Source of the DNA: Glaucostegus cemiculus
Lineage: Eukaryota
Length of the DNA: 64,000 nt
Assembly: GCA_976551045.1 (NCBI GenBank)
Contig: CDPCPM010000037.1
Span: forward strand, 13,950,001 to 14,014,000
Direction: 5' to 3'
The notes below the pieces were generated by a model that saw nothing but the letters and a program-made list of their open reading frames with translations, was not told the DNA's origin and did no database searches. This document shows, one piece after another, positions 25,995-37,565 of the stretch. The stretch's first letter is position 1, and each line of letters opens with the position of its first letter. A program made the position numbers and the translations under genes.

Positions 25995-28719
25995 ATCACC
26001 AAATATATGTGTACTCTAGCAATATGCAGACATAAGTAGAAATGAGACCAAATCAGTAACAATAAGGTATTCAACTTCCTGATTTTTCAATCATAAAGTT
26101 AAGTCTAAAGGGGGAGACGTGTAAGATCCCATAATTATTTTATTTTTTGGCTAACTTTAATTTTCTTTCTAATGTATCTGCCACAGTATTACGCAATTGC
26201 AGCCTTCAGATGAAGCAGGATTTCAGGGAAGAAGGAGGCAGTAGGACCAAGGCATATAATTTAGTCCCCCAAATTAAATATTCAAATCCTTATTTTTATA
26301 TTTTCTATTATAACCTTTTTCTGCATTTACAATACACTCTGCCTTGTGCTGTAATTGTACATCCTGGCAGAATTGTTGCTGCGACTAATTCAAGTGATCA
26401 GAAACAAGGAAATTTAGTAATCTACTGCAAGTTTTACCATTGATAGTCTTGATTCATGCAAATCAAAAAGAAAGCTGCTGATGTTTGAAATCTGAGATTA
26501 AAACAAAAACTGTTTTTTTTCCTTCTTTGTTCATAATTATTTTCATGAAGCAGTCAAGCTATGCATGCAACTCACTCATCTAAGTTGGATAAAAGAAACA
26601 CCACCTTTATCAAAATGAATTCTAAGAGAGAGATGCGCTTAATTAATATTAAGTTTATTCAATAGCTTTTTGCTCCACTTCTGCAAATGCTATTCTTGAT
26701 GTTATTGTTTTTTTCTTCCTTTTTTACTTCAAAAGGTGATGGGGATATTTGTGTAGAGGAAAACACTTAATATTTCTGAAAAATCACTTGAAACACCAAT
26801 AATACTTGCAAGGTAAAGAGTCCTGTGCTTATAGAAGGGCAGCTTCAAAAGCATCATGTGGGTTGCTTTTAAAGCTCCCTGGTTAGTATTTCATGGTTGA
26901 AGTGGTAATATGAAAGGGAGTGCAGCAGATACCAGAGGGGGAGAAACTGTACTTATCTTTATTCAAGTGATCGGCAAACACTTCAGTAACTGAAGACAAG
27001 TAGTGTTTTGGACTTCATATCAGCACAGTGTTGCTTTTATAGTGCCATCTCTTGCGAGGCAACCTGTGGTGATCTGTACTTTAGAGATTGCTCTACCAAT
27101 GCCAAGGGGACTATGTCCCCTAATTTTTCTAACTTCTCAAGCAATTACAGTATTAAGCCATTCATGCATTGGACAAGTGATACATTGATATACATGGTAA
27201 ACTATTTCATCTCTCTGCTGTTAAAAGATGCCAGAAACAGTTTAATATGCCTCACCAATGTTAGCAGATACATGATTTTTCCAAAATTAGATGAAGTTTT
27301 GAATATTAACATGTTGTTTTGCCTTTGCACCTTTTTTATTTACAAAATGAGGGGTTAACGGGCAAGGTCGGCATTTATTGTCATCCTCTATTTACTTAAA
27401 GTATTGGTCAACAACTAGCTTAGACCACTATAGCCCAGGATGGAGAGTTGTTGCTCTGGCATTGGAGCAGAAAATTTTGGAATCAACAGTTCAGAGTTTA
27501 ACTCATAATCTCGATTTGAGGTTTCAGCATAATTCAAAAACAGGTGGACATTTCTGTCTTTTGGAGAGACCTTCCAGTGTTTCATTGCATATTTTGCCTC
27601 TAACGGTCTGAGGGTCTTTCGAGTCTACTGGAAAACTACTTATCCCCACAGTAAAATGTTCCAGGTACTCTGTAGGAGATTCTCACAGGGCATTCTGTTG
27701 AATAGAATTTAAAGAAAACGAGCAATGCAGGAAGGAGGAAAAAACAGAATGAAGAAGCTATTGAGGTCATAATTCCTTAAAATATGTTGTAGATTACATT
27801 GAACCTATAAGGACCTTGGTAGGGATTACAGTTTTAGACTTGTTGCCACACTGATATGCCTTAAACAAATATGCCTGTAGTCTTGATTGTGATGGCTGTA
27901 CTTATATGGCATATGAAGCAGCTGTATGTAAATTGTGCAATATCACCAAAGATTCTTCTGAGGTATGGATTCACAAGGTAATTCTCTAACTTTTTAGGGG
28001 AGTTAGGAAATTCACACAGATCAGCATGTTATCAAGGCAGCAACATGAAAGCCAAACAACCGTTACAGCATTTTCACATTTGCCATTCCAGATAGTATTC
28101 ATTGATTGTTCTGAGTTTCTACTTTGAATTCACTTAACCTTAATGCCTGCTTAATATCTAAATGTGTGTGGTAGTAATTATGTATAACTTTTTTAGGAGA
28201 TTAATGGGCAAAATTTCTTTGAATAGTATCACCCACATTTACCGTATTAATATGTCAGTATTAAAGAAACTGTTTTCAATGTTTCCTAGACGTAACAAAG
28301 GCATTGATGAAGGATTCATAGGTCAAAGAGTTGAAGCAGAAGAGAGTTGGTAACATTAGAGGTGGAAGTTGTAGGTCTTGAAGATGGCATGGATATGACA
28401 TCATGCTTTCTTATATCTGTCTAACATCCAGTGTGAACTGTGCATGTGCAGAATTGTCATCCTAACTAGATGTTGGGAAGGACTAAAGCCATGGTCTTTA
28501 ATTCTGTCACAGAGTCAGTGACTAGGGAATGGAGCTTCTCTCTCTTCTTTCAAGTGGTCTGAAGAGGGACTGAGGCGAAGAGCTTTTGGAAGGGAATTCC
28601 AGAGATTGAGAAATACTTGCAGGACTCGAATCAGAGCAGCATGTGTTTCTAACCTACGCATCCTCTTCAACCTCAAATTAAATTTCATTTCTCATATTTG
28701 TGCCATCTCCGAAGACCAC

Positions 28720-29240
28720 CTATTTTTACATGCAACAAATTGGCCAATTTGTCCCCTGCCTGCCTCAGCTCTCTTCTGATCCCTTTATTAAGGGCTCTTG
28801 TTATCTTTGGACTGACTATTCTATCACACTTCTGCTCTTTGTGGTCATGAGGTCATCTATAACTCTTCTGCCTTTGTCTTACCTCCCACAAGTCATATTT
28901 ACCCATTTATTCAGTGCTTGCATTGGATCCTAGCTAAACAAAGCCTTCATTTTAGCATTCTTTTCAAACCTCTCCCTGGCTACCCCTTCCTTAACTCTGT
29001 TATCTCCAGGCACACAACCCTCAAAAATAATCTGCTCTGGTCTAATTCTAGCCTCTTGAGCATCTCCAGATTTAATAGCTGAACCATTATCTGACACATT
29101 TTCAGCTCCCCTTACCACTGGGATTCCCCTCCAAAAGCTCTTCACCCCATCACCCACCTTTCTGCTTTTAAGGCACTACTTAAAAACTATTTCTTTGACC
29201 AAGCTTTTGGATATGAGCCTTGCTTTCTCCTTGTGTGATC
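28720..29240 (+). mobile_element. L2 LINE 3' fragment
   Basis: KTTYFYMQQIGQFVPCL (cf. KTAYFHLRNIARLRPCL), LDYS and FKALLKNYFFDQAF; an adjacent L2-like piece on the opposite strand lies at ~28330-28640. Confidence 0.7.
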
Positions 29241-30299
29241 AGGCTTAAATGTTTTGATCAGTACCAAAATGAAATGAAGATTACTACTTCAGTTCTGTAG
29301 TGACCTTGTTACCTAATTATATAATGAGTTTGAAGCTTTGATTCCTCGCCAGTTTTTTTTTTCTTGGCTCTGCTTGTGCTTCTCCACTACATTCTCACGC
29401 TCTCTAGCTCCACATCACAGGCGATCAAGTATTGAACTCAAGCATAGCTCTTGTACATTTTAACATGAGTTTATTAACGTACTGATAACCTTCATGAAAA
29501 TGGCTAAGAATTAGACAAACAATGAAGTGCGGTCTACTGCGTGATAGGATTTATAATTTCTCTACTCCAACTTCCTTCATCTTCCTGCGTTAGAGCACTG
29601 ATTAGTTGCTATTAAACTTCTTTTGTGGATTTCAGTCTTTCACCGGTTGTCTTTTTTTTAAATGTGAGCCCTGGTATTGACTGTCCTTTAGCTATTTGAC
29701 CAAGAGGTCATGGCTTTAGAGCTCCCCAGATAAATGTGGGTTTTCCATCAAAAGCTGTTGGATAAAAACCAAGAATTAGAAATGTAACTGAGTTTACATT
29801 CTCTTGACCTTTGGTTCAGTTGCTATTGAAAGCAAGCCTGTTGATGAGGATGGCCAACCTAAATTTTACCCAGTGCAACTAAAATCAGAATACTTTAAAG
29901 TTATCTATAGCTCTCATACAATCAGTAATATTTTGGCCAAATTAAGCTGGCTGTGCCTTTTGGAACTGCTGATGTTCAGCCACTTCCAGGTAGAAAAATG
30001 TGGTTGTGCTAAATGATAGATACTGGCACATCTGTTGATATTCTATCTCTTGAGTAGGATCAGTCCCCAATCATTTGTGGAATAGATAAGTAATTAACTT
30101 CACATTTTTTTACTTAATTTATTTTATTTTATTGTCATTCTTTTAATGTGTTTTTAATTTGCATTGATTTGTATTAAAAAAATAACTTTTTAATTGCAAA
30201 GCAGATTTAATATTCTATAAATATCAGAGATATTAAAAATCTCTTGCAAAGTCCTGGCAACTTTGACCGTAGCTTCTGTCCTCTGGCTAGTCACTTGTT

Positions 30300-31760
30300 A
30301 GGGTCATGGAGTCAAACAACACAGATACCGGCCTTTCAGCCCCTTCATGGGGGGCTCATCCAGAAGATTAAGGTGCATAGGAGCCAAGGTGAATTGGCCG
30401 TTTTGGATTCAGAGCTGGCTTAACCATAGAAGACAGAAGGTAGTGGTTAATGGGACTTATTCTAGCTGGAGGTCTGTGACTAGTGTTCCTCAGGGATCCA
30501 TACTGGGACCTCTGCTGTTTGTGATGTATATAAATGATTTGGATGAAAATGTATATAAGTGGGTTTGTAAATTTGCAGATGATACGAAGATACTTGCAAA
30601 GGATACAGTGGGATATAGGTCAGTTGCAGATACGGGTGGAGAAATAGCAGATGGAGTTCAACACGGCCGAATGTGAAGTGTTACACCTTGGGAGATCAAA
30701 TGCAAAGAGACAGTACACTGTTAATGACAAGACCCTTAACAGTGTTGATGAGCAGAGGGATCTTGGTGTCCAAGTTCATAGCTTCCTGAAAGTGACTACA
30801 CAGGTTGATAGGGTGGTAAAGAAGGCATATGGCATTAGTCGAGGCATTGAGTTCGAGGGTCAGGAAATTATGCTGCAGCTTTATAAAACTTCAGTTAGGC
30901 CGCATCTGGTGTATTGGATTCGGTTCTGGTCGCCCCATTATGGGAAGGATGTTGAGGCTTTGGAGAAGGTGCAGAAGAAGATGACCAAGAAGCTGTCTGG
31001 ATTAGAGGGCATGTGCTATGAGGATAGGTTGGACAAACTTGGGTTGTTTTCTCTGGAACAGTGGAGGCTGAAAGGAGATCTGATAGAGGTTTATAAGATT
31101 ATGAGAGGTATAGATATAGACTCCCAGTATCTTTTCCCCAGGGTTGAAATGTCTGATACCAAAGGGCATGCATTTGAGGTGAGAAGGGGTAAGTTCAAAA
31201 GAGATATGCGGGGCAATTTTTTTTTACATAGTGGTGGGTGCCTGGAATGCACTGCCTGGTGTGGTGGTGAAGGCAAATACAATAGGGGCATGCAAGAAGC
31301 TCTTGGATAGTCCCATGAATGTGAGGGAAATGGTAGGATTATGGCCATTGTGCAGGCAGAAGGGATTAGTTTAAGTTTAGTTGGGCATTTTATTACTAAT
31401 GTAATTGGTTTGGCACAACATTGTGGGCTGAAGGGCCTGTTCCTATGCAGTACTGTTCTATGTACCATCAAACACCAGTTTACACTAATCCTTCACTCAT
31501 TCCAATTTTTTATCCCCACATTCCCAGTGTCCCCCCAGATTCTACCACGCACCTACACACTAGGGGCCATTTGGAGTGGCCAATTAACCTACCAACCCAT
31601 ACATCTTGCAGATGTGGGAGAAACTGGAACACCAAGAGAAAATTCTTGTGGTAACAGAAAGAATATCCAAACTCCACGCAGACAACACTGGAGGTCAGGA
31701 TTGAACCCGGGTCACTGGAGCAGTGAAGGAGCAGCTCTACTTGCTGCATCACTGTGCCGG
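30300..31760 (-). mobile_element. HE1/V-SINE split by the CR1 insertion (tail 30300-30342, body 31464-31760)
   Basis: Reverse B box (GGATTGAACCCGGG at ~31698), V-domain, and a CR1-derived tail GGCCTTTCAGCCC on the far side of the CR1. Confidence 0.8.
30343..31463 (+). mobile_element. CR1 (HER1-like) LINE 3' 1.1 kb, relatively young
   Basis: [21 protein letters not shown]...CKFADDTKI (ORF 30347) and [17 protein letters not shown]...LGLFSLEQWRLKGDLIEVYKIMRG (ORF 30651); tail GGGCTGAAGGGCCTGTTCC...TGTTCTATGT. Confidence 0.93.
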
Positions 31761-32213
31761 CCCTTGCTGGGCCCCTCCAGATCTGGCATGGGTGTGGGCA
31801 GCAATGGACCATGGGTGACAGAAGTGGGTAATGGACTAAATCCAATTTGTTTGGACCCGTTTCTTTAATTGAACTACTTTTAAATAATGTTGGCTGCATT
31901 TCTGTTTTCATTAAACATGTAACTGGTAATTTTGAAAATAAATCCACTGAGTGATATTGTGGAAAGTAAAACATTTGAGAAATAAATTCAGTTAGTGCAC
32001 TGTAGAAAATGAGGGTAACTTTAGTACTGCCAGTCTGGTGGTGAATAGAAGGCATGGAGGCCATTAAAACTGAGCAGATCTCTTATCCCTTTCATTTGCA
32101 GTTCTGTACTGGGAACCTGGATTACAGTATTTAACGACATATCAGTCCTAAGGTATTATCCTAGTAGAATGTACACAAAGACCTTTCCTGTGCAGTCTTT
32201 TAGAATAGATTTT

Positions 32214-32491
32214 TAAGATTTCTTTATTAGTCATGTGTACATTGAAACACACCAGTGAAATGCATCGTTTTGCATAGAGTATTCTGGGGGCAGCCCACAA
32301 GTGTTGCCATGCTTCCGCCGCCAACATAGCATGCCCACAACTTCCTAATCCGTACCTCTTTTGGAATGTGGGAGGAAACCCATGCAATCACAGGGAGAAC
32401 ATACAAACTCCTTACAGACAGCGGCCAGAATTGAACCAGAGTCGCTGGTGCTGTAATAGTGTAATGCTAACCACTACACTACTGTGCCTGC
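32214..32491 (-). mobile_element. V-SINE-like element, same subfamily as 25714-25994
   Basis: Reverse complement of the same head, body (CATAGCATGCCCACAACTTCCTAA) and AATAAAGAAATCTTA tail. Confidence 0.9.
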
Positions 32492-32494
32492 ACA

Positions 32495-32820
32495 TAACCT
32501 ATTGGAGACCAGTTTTAGGATTGTGCAGGTGAGATGGAAATAATCACATTGGCTGAGAAACTTTGCGGTGGGGAGAGAATTTTATGATGGGCTGTTGAGA
32601 TTGGAGTTGGATATTTGGACGGGAGAGAATATCCTTCTGATGGGTTGAAGGAGAAAGGACAACACGTTGGGTGGAGGTGGGAAAGACCAGGGAGCATGGG
32701 AAGAGGGCAGATGATCTGGAATTGGGGGGCAAAACTATTGATGATTAGAGTGAATGCCAAGAACATTATCAGTGCAGCTTGGAGATGTAGGTGGGGATGG
32801 GGGTTGTGGTTGAGGCCATA
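32495..32820 (-). mobile_element. L2-like LINE fragment
   Basis: GA-rich sequence; the minus strand has PTST..VVLSP..HQKDILSRPNIQLQSQQPIIKFSPHRKV, resembling the L2 RT N-terminal PISNLPFLSKVLE region. Confidence 0.45.
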
Positions 32821-34340
32821 ATTAACAGTAGAAAATTAAAGGAGTAACTGAAATTGGGTGGGATAGGCCAAGATAGGTAATAAAGACCAAAAGTATTCAA
32901 CTGCTGCTTGTTGTTATCAAAAGATCAGTAATAGTTTATGAATACAACATCAAAATAAATGGTGTTGAACTCCATTTAAACATCACCATGCATGCCTAGT
33001 AACCTTTACCCAGATCTAAAATTTGGAAGTGGGCCTAAATGCTCACCAAATTCCTGACTGGATTAAGTGATTGGGTTTGTAAATTGATGGTGTAGCACAG
33101 AAAATATTTGCACTTCATTGCTGAATTTTGAGACTTGGTTGTTTCCCATTCTATTTAAATTCCATAATTCTATTCTTGTAGAGAAGCTGCACTTGTATAA
33201 TGTACCTTTCAGTAAACTGTAATTTTATAGTTCCATTTCTTGGGACTCTTTAATTTTGTAGCTTTAAATATTTTGAAATCAGTAACATTAATCAAAATGA
33301 TATAACATAATTAATATTAAAATGAAGAACACACAAGGTTAAATTATTATTCATACAAGCTCATTAATGTTGAATGTTCTAACAATTTACGTAATGTTAC
33401 TTCACATTACTTCAGACCTGGCAATTATTGATGTCAACTGTAGCTCTCTTGGATCAGAAGGTTGCACATTTAAATGTAATTTTAGAAATTTGAATATAAA
33501 AAATCTCAGCTGGCACTCCAGTGTAATGCACAGGACTTTGCTTAATACTCAGGATGAGTTCCCAGGAATGAGAATGCTAATGGGGGTCACTATAGCATTA
33601 ATATGTGTTACTGCTGTGTCAGAAACCTGGTGTGAGCTCCTATCCTCTTTAACACACTTAAAGTAATGGATCGCCCAAGGCTTAGTCTGGAGATGCTGCC
33701 TGTGGGGCCTGGTGTTGGGCAGGCTGGGGCGAAACTGAGCATCTCTTTCATCAGTCTGTCAAAATGTGGAGCAGCTGCTGTTAGCTCCCAGCAAAGGCCC
33801 ACACCTACTATGCTGACTTTGGGTGTAACCCTGAGCCCTGTGTCTCAGAGCTAAGCAGCCACATGGCTGACCGCATCCCAACCAACACCAGCCCTTGTGC
33901 ACAAGCTTTGCTGCAGGAGTGGGTGTTTGCGCCGGAATTCCAGGCACGGCAGTATGCATCACACAGCTTAAGATGACACCATTTTATAACTTTTAGCAGG
34001 GTACATACCTGTGACTGAGAGCAATGTCAGGTGGGTAACAGTAAGGGTTGCACCATTGTAATGAGGAATTGTTGCATCATTAGGTAATCATAGCTCTTCC
34101 AAATTCTGAAAAGAAATACAGATGATCATTGTTAACTTGCATAGTTTATTTAAATAAGGACAGGGACTGTTGAATCTTTTTGTTGGATGAAGCCAGTGTT
34201 TGCATTTGTACCAAGTTTTGCACTTAAGATCTCCATTAATTTTAGTAACCGTTGACAGTTTGTTGTTTTCTGCTTGCTAAGTGTCATTTCAACAATATAT
34301 TATTGCCTCCCATGCTGTCATTAATTAATTAGACATTATA

Positions 34341-34540
34341 CTTGGCTCAATGGTAGGATGTTCATCTTGGAGTCAGATGATTGTGGGTTTAAATCCGTTA
34401 TTAATTGGGCTGATATTAGTCTGTTGTGGAGGGAGTGTTGTACGGTTGGAGGTGCCATCTTTTGGATGACATGTTAAGCTGAGGCCCCCGTTCAATGAAG
34501 AGCAGGAAATTCTGCCTCATATTCTTGTCATTATTTATAC
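34341..34540 (+). mobile_element. DeuSINE-like (SacSINE1/AmnSINE1-related) ancient SINE
   Basis: tRNA head TTGGCTCAATGGTAG...GTGGGTTTAAATCC followed by GAGGGAGTGTTGTACGGTTGGAGGTGCCATCTTTTGGATGACATGTTAAGCTGAGGCCCC, resembling the Deu core. Confidence 0.7.
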
Positions 34541-34969
34541 AATCTGTTCCTTATTCATACTGTGAACTGATTAGCATGTCTAATTAGGCTAACAATTAAT
34601 TTCTGATTATGACATTTTCTCTCTGGTGAGTACAAGGAATGCTCACTATATTCTCCTACCATTTCTAAAGTTAGAAAATTTATTGTCTAGAAATTCTTTA
34701 AACCCCTGATACTGGGAGCACTTGAGATGACACCATTCCTTGTGACCATTGTTGGGCAACTTGGGGCTGTGTTGTCCTGGGAGTGACTACTTATGTGCAA
34801 TCCTGGGACAATCTAATCTTACCATAACAGCACTGAACAGCTAAGGAACCTGTTTACCTTTAAGCCTTTGGGCTTTCTTACCTCTGCCCTTTACAGCAAA
34901 CACCCCTGGCCACACCTTCTCTCTCACCTATACCATCTGCTTGATCCTAAATCCCAATCTATATAAGAT

Positions 34970-37170
34970 TACATAGGATATACAGTGTGGAAACTAGCCA
35001 GTCAGCCGGACAGTGCATGTTGGTATTTATGTTCCACTCAAGCCTCCTTGCATCTTTTCTCATTTCTTCTGAATTCCTATTAGCTTTCTTAGTGACTATC
35101 ATAATGATGGCCTCCAGCTGTGCTTATCCACAAGTGAAAATAATCACTATCAAAACTCTTCATAATTTTTAAATGTCATTCACCCTTTGGATAACTCTTC
35201 TCCAGAGGGAAAAAAGACTCAGTCTATTCATCCTTTCCTGATCTGTATGCCCTTGCATTTCTGGTATCATCCTTGGTAATTTGGTCTGCACTATATTCTT
35301 TTAATATATAGAATTGTATGCAGTATTCTTAACTGTGGTCTAATAAGGGTTTAAAAACCAAAGATTAGGCTAACCTCCCTGCTTTTCAATTCTGTCCCTC
35401 TAGAAATAAATCCTTTTTTATGGTCATGCTCAGTTGTGGTGCTGGTTTTAGTCTTTAGTATTTTTTGTAATCCTGTAACCCACCCAGACTTGCCTTTTGA
35501 ATATGGAGTTTCAAGTGCCAATTATTTGATTGTTCAAAATCATAAATGTCCTCCTGTAATTTGTTGGAGTCTTCCTTATTCTTGACTACTCCCCACAAAT
35601 TGATATCACCTACAGATTTAGAAATCATATTTTTAATTGCAGTTTACATATTTAAGTACATTTTGAACAGTAGCAGCAGTTCCTGCACAGCATTCCCCAC
35701 CTTCCGCTGAGAATAGCTACTTTGTACCCAACACTCTGCTTTGTAACCTGAAACTATTTACAATCTACTCTGCAACTTGTCCTGGACTCTGCATTCTCTA
35801 ACTTTATCCATTAGTCTATGGTCCATTGTGAAAATCTAGATACATCACAGCAACTGCACAAACACTATTGCCTCTCTTTGTTTTGTCCTCTTAAAAAAAA
35901 AAGTTCCATTAGGGTGGTGAAGCAGGATTTTTCCTTTTCCTTCCACAGATGTTAAGTTGCCTGCTCTGTAGTTCTGTGGAAATGTTCCATACCCCTTCTT
36001 AAATAATGGGTGCGATGAAAGCCATTTGCTAGTCAGAGTGATACAGCATGGAAACAGGATCTTTGGCCCAACTTGTCCATGCTGACCAAGATGTCCCTAT
36101 CCCTCAATAACCTTTATTATCCATGTATCCATGTACCTGTCCAAACGTCTTTTAAATGTTGTTGTTGCTGTACTTGCCTCAACCAAGTATGTTAAGCTGC
36201 CTTCTGGCAGCTTGTTCCATATATGCAGCATCCTCTGTGTGAAGAGGTTGCCCCCTCACGACCGTCTTAAATCCTTCCCCTCTGACCCTTTTTTGATTCC
36301 TTTTCCTTGGGGTGGGGGGGAGGTGGAAAGGCTGTGTACATTCACCTTATCTATGATTTAATACTCCTCTATAAGATGACTCCTTGATCTCTTGCACTCC
36401 AAGGAATAAAGTCCTAGCCTGCCCAAGCTCTCCTAGCAACATTCTCGTAGATAGTCTTTGTACTCTTTCCAGCTTAAACTTTCCTGTAACAGTGTAACTA
36501 AGATCCTGTATTGTTCTATGGTTCTAAGATGTCTTTCCTATAACAGGGTAACCAAAACCGTGTACAATACTCCATTCATCTGGCTCCGCACCTTTTTTAA
36601 AATGTTATTCAATGACTTGTATAGATTCTTCTAAAATGCATGCATGCAATCCATCTAGACCAGGGGTTTTATTCTATTTCAGTTTGATTTGCTTATTAGA
36701 TGTACTACTGTTTCTATTTTAGAGGCACTCATTTCTTTATCTATCTCATCATACAATGTTTAATCAAGTTCATTTGCTCTAACTCCCTGCTAAATATGAA
36801 AGTGAGATAATTACATATTTTGGCCTTTTTTTACTATCATTTCCTGTGGTATCCTTCTGTTTTTCCCATAAGGCCCTATTCCAATCCCAGCATTCCTGTT
36901 TTATTCATGTGTTTGTGACATGTCTTGCAATTTTGTTTTGTATTCCGTGATAATTTATTTCAGTTCCTATTTGTCGTCTTTCCTAATTCCTTTTTATTCT
37001 CTCCTATAACGCACTCCTTTGATGTCTATGTACTTAATATATGTTTGCTTACCTACAATTGTGTCTTTAGTCATTCATAGAATCTTGTGTGTTGAACTTG
37101 TTCTTTTCTTTTAATGGAATATATTTTTCCTGCACTCTGAACATTATTTTTACATGCTTCCCATTCTCAT
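34970..37170 (-). mobile_element. Old CR1 with a younger CR1 3' end nested at ~36030-36575
   Basis: Two CR1 tails in the same orientation (near 34970 and 36030) with RT remnants; MFRVQEKYIPLKEKNK (ORF 37067..37258). Confidence 0.65.
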
Positions 37171-37269
37171 CTCCCAACGTGCAAATCACCAACCTTGCAG
37201 TCAAGCCCCTACCTCCAATGAGCTTCGGAGCACTTTTTTCAGCCATCAACTTAATCAAGGAACAAAAGT

Positions 37270-37565
37270 CATAGAGATAAAGTACACAACAGACCTTTCA
37301 GCCCACCAAGTCCGTGCCGACCATCAACCACCCATTTACACCAATCAAAGCAGGTAGTGCTGTTGCCCACAGCTTCAACGACCTGGGTTTGCTCCTGGCT
37401 ACAGGTGCTGCCTGTGTGAAATTTATATGATCTTCATGGCCATCTGGGTTTTCCTTGTTTTCTTCCACATCCTAAAGACTCATTAGTTGGTAAGTCAAAT
37501 TGACTACTGTAAATTACCCCTTGTGTAGCTGAATGATAGGAGAATCAGGGTGAGTTAATGGTCAA
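37270..37565. mobile_element. SINE tail fragment (-, 37270-37346) abutting a degenerate V-SINE (+, 37350-37565)
   Basis: CCTTTCAGCCCACCAAGTCCGTGCCGACCATCAACCACCCATTTACAC followed by GGTAGTGCTGTTGCCCACAGC...CCACATCCTAAAGAC...TGTAAATTACCCCTTGTGTAG. Confidence 0.7.

Noticed and set aside
30347-31310. RT-like ORFs as an active element, retron or domesticated gene
   Set aside because: 5'-truncated, frameshifted CR1 fragment with internal deletions.
31341-32064. Overlapping 175-aa and 184-aa ORFs
   Set aside because: They run through a CR1 tail and a SINE; no protein-like signal.
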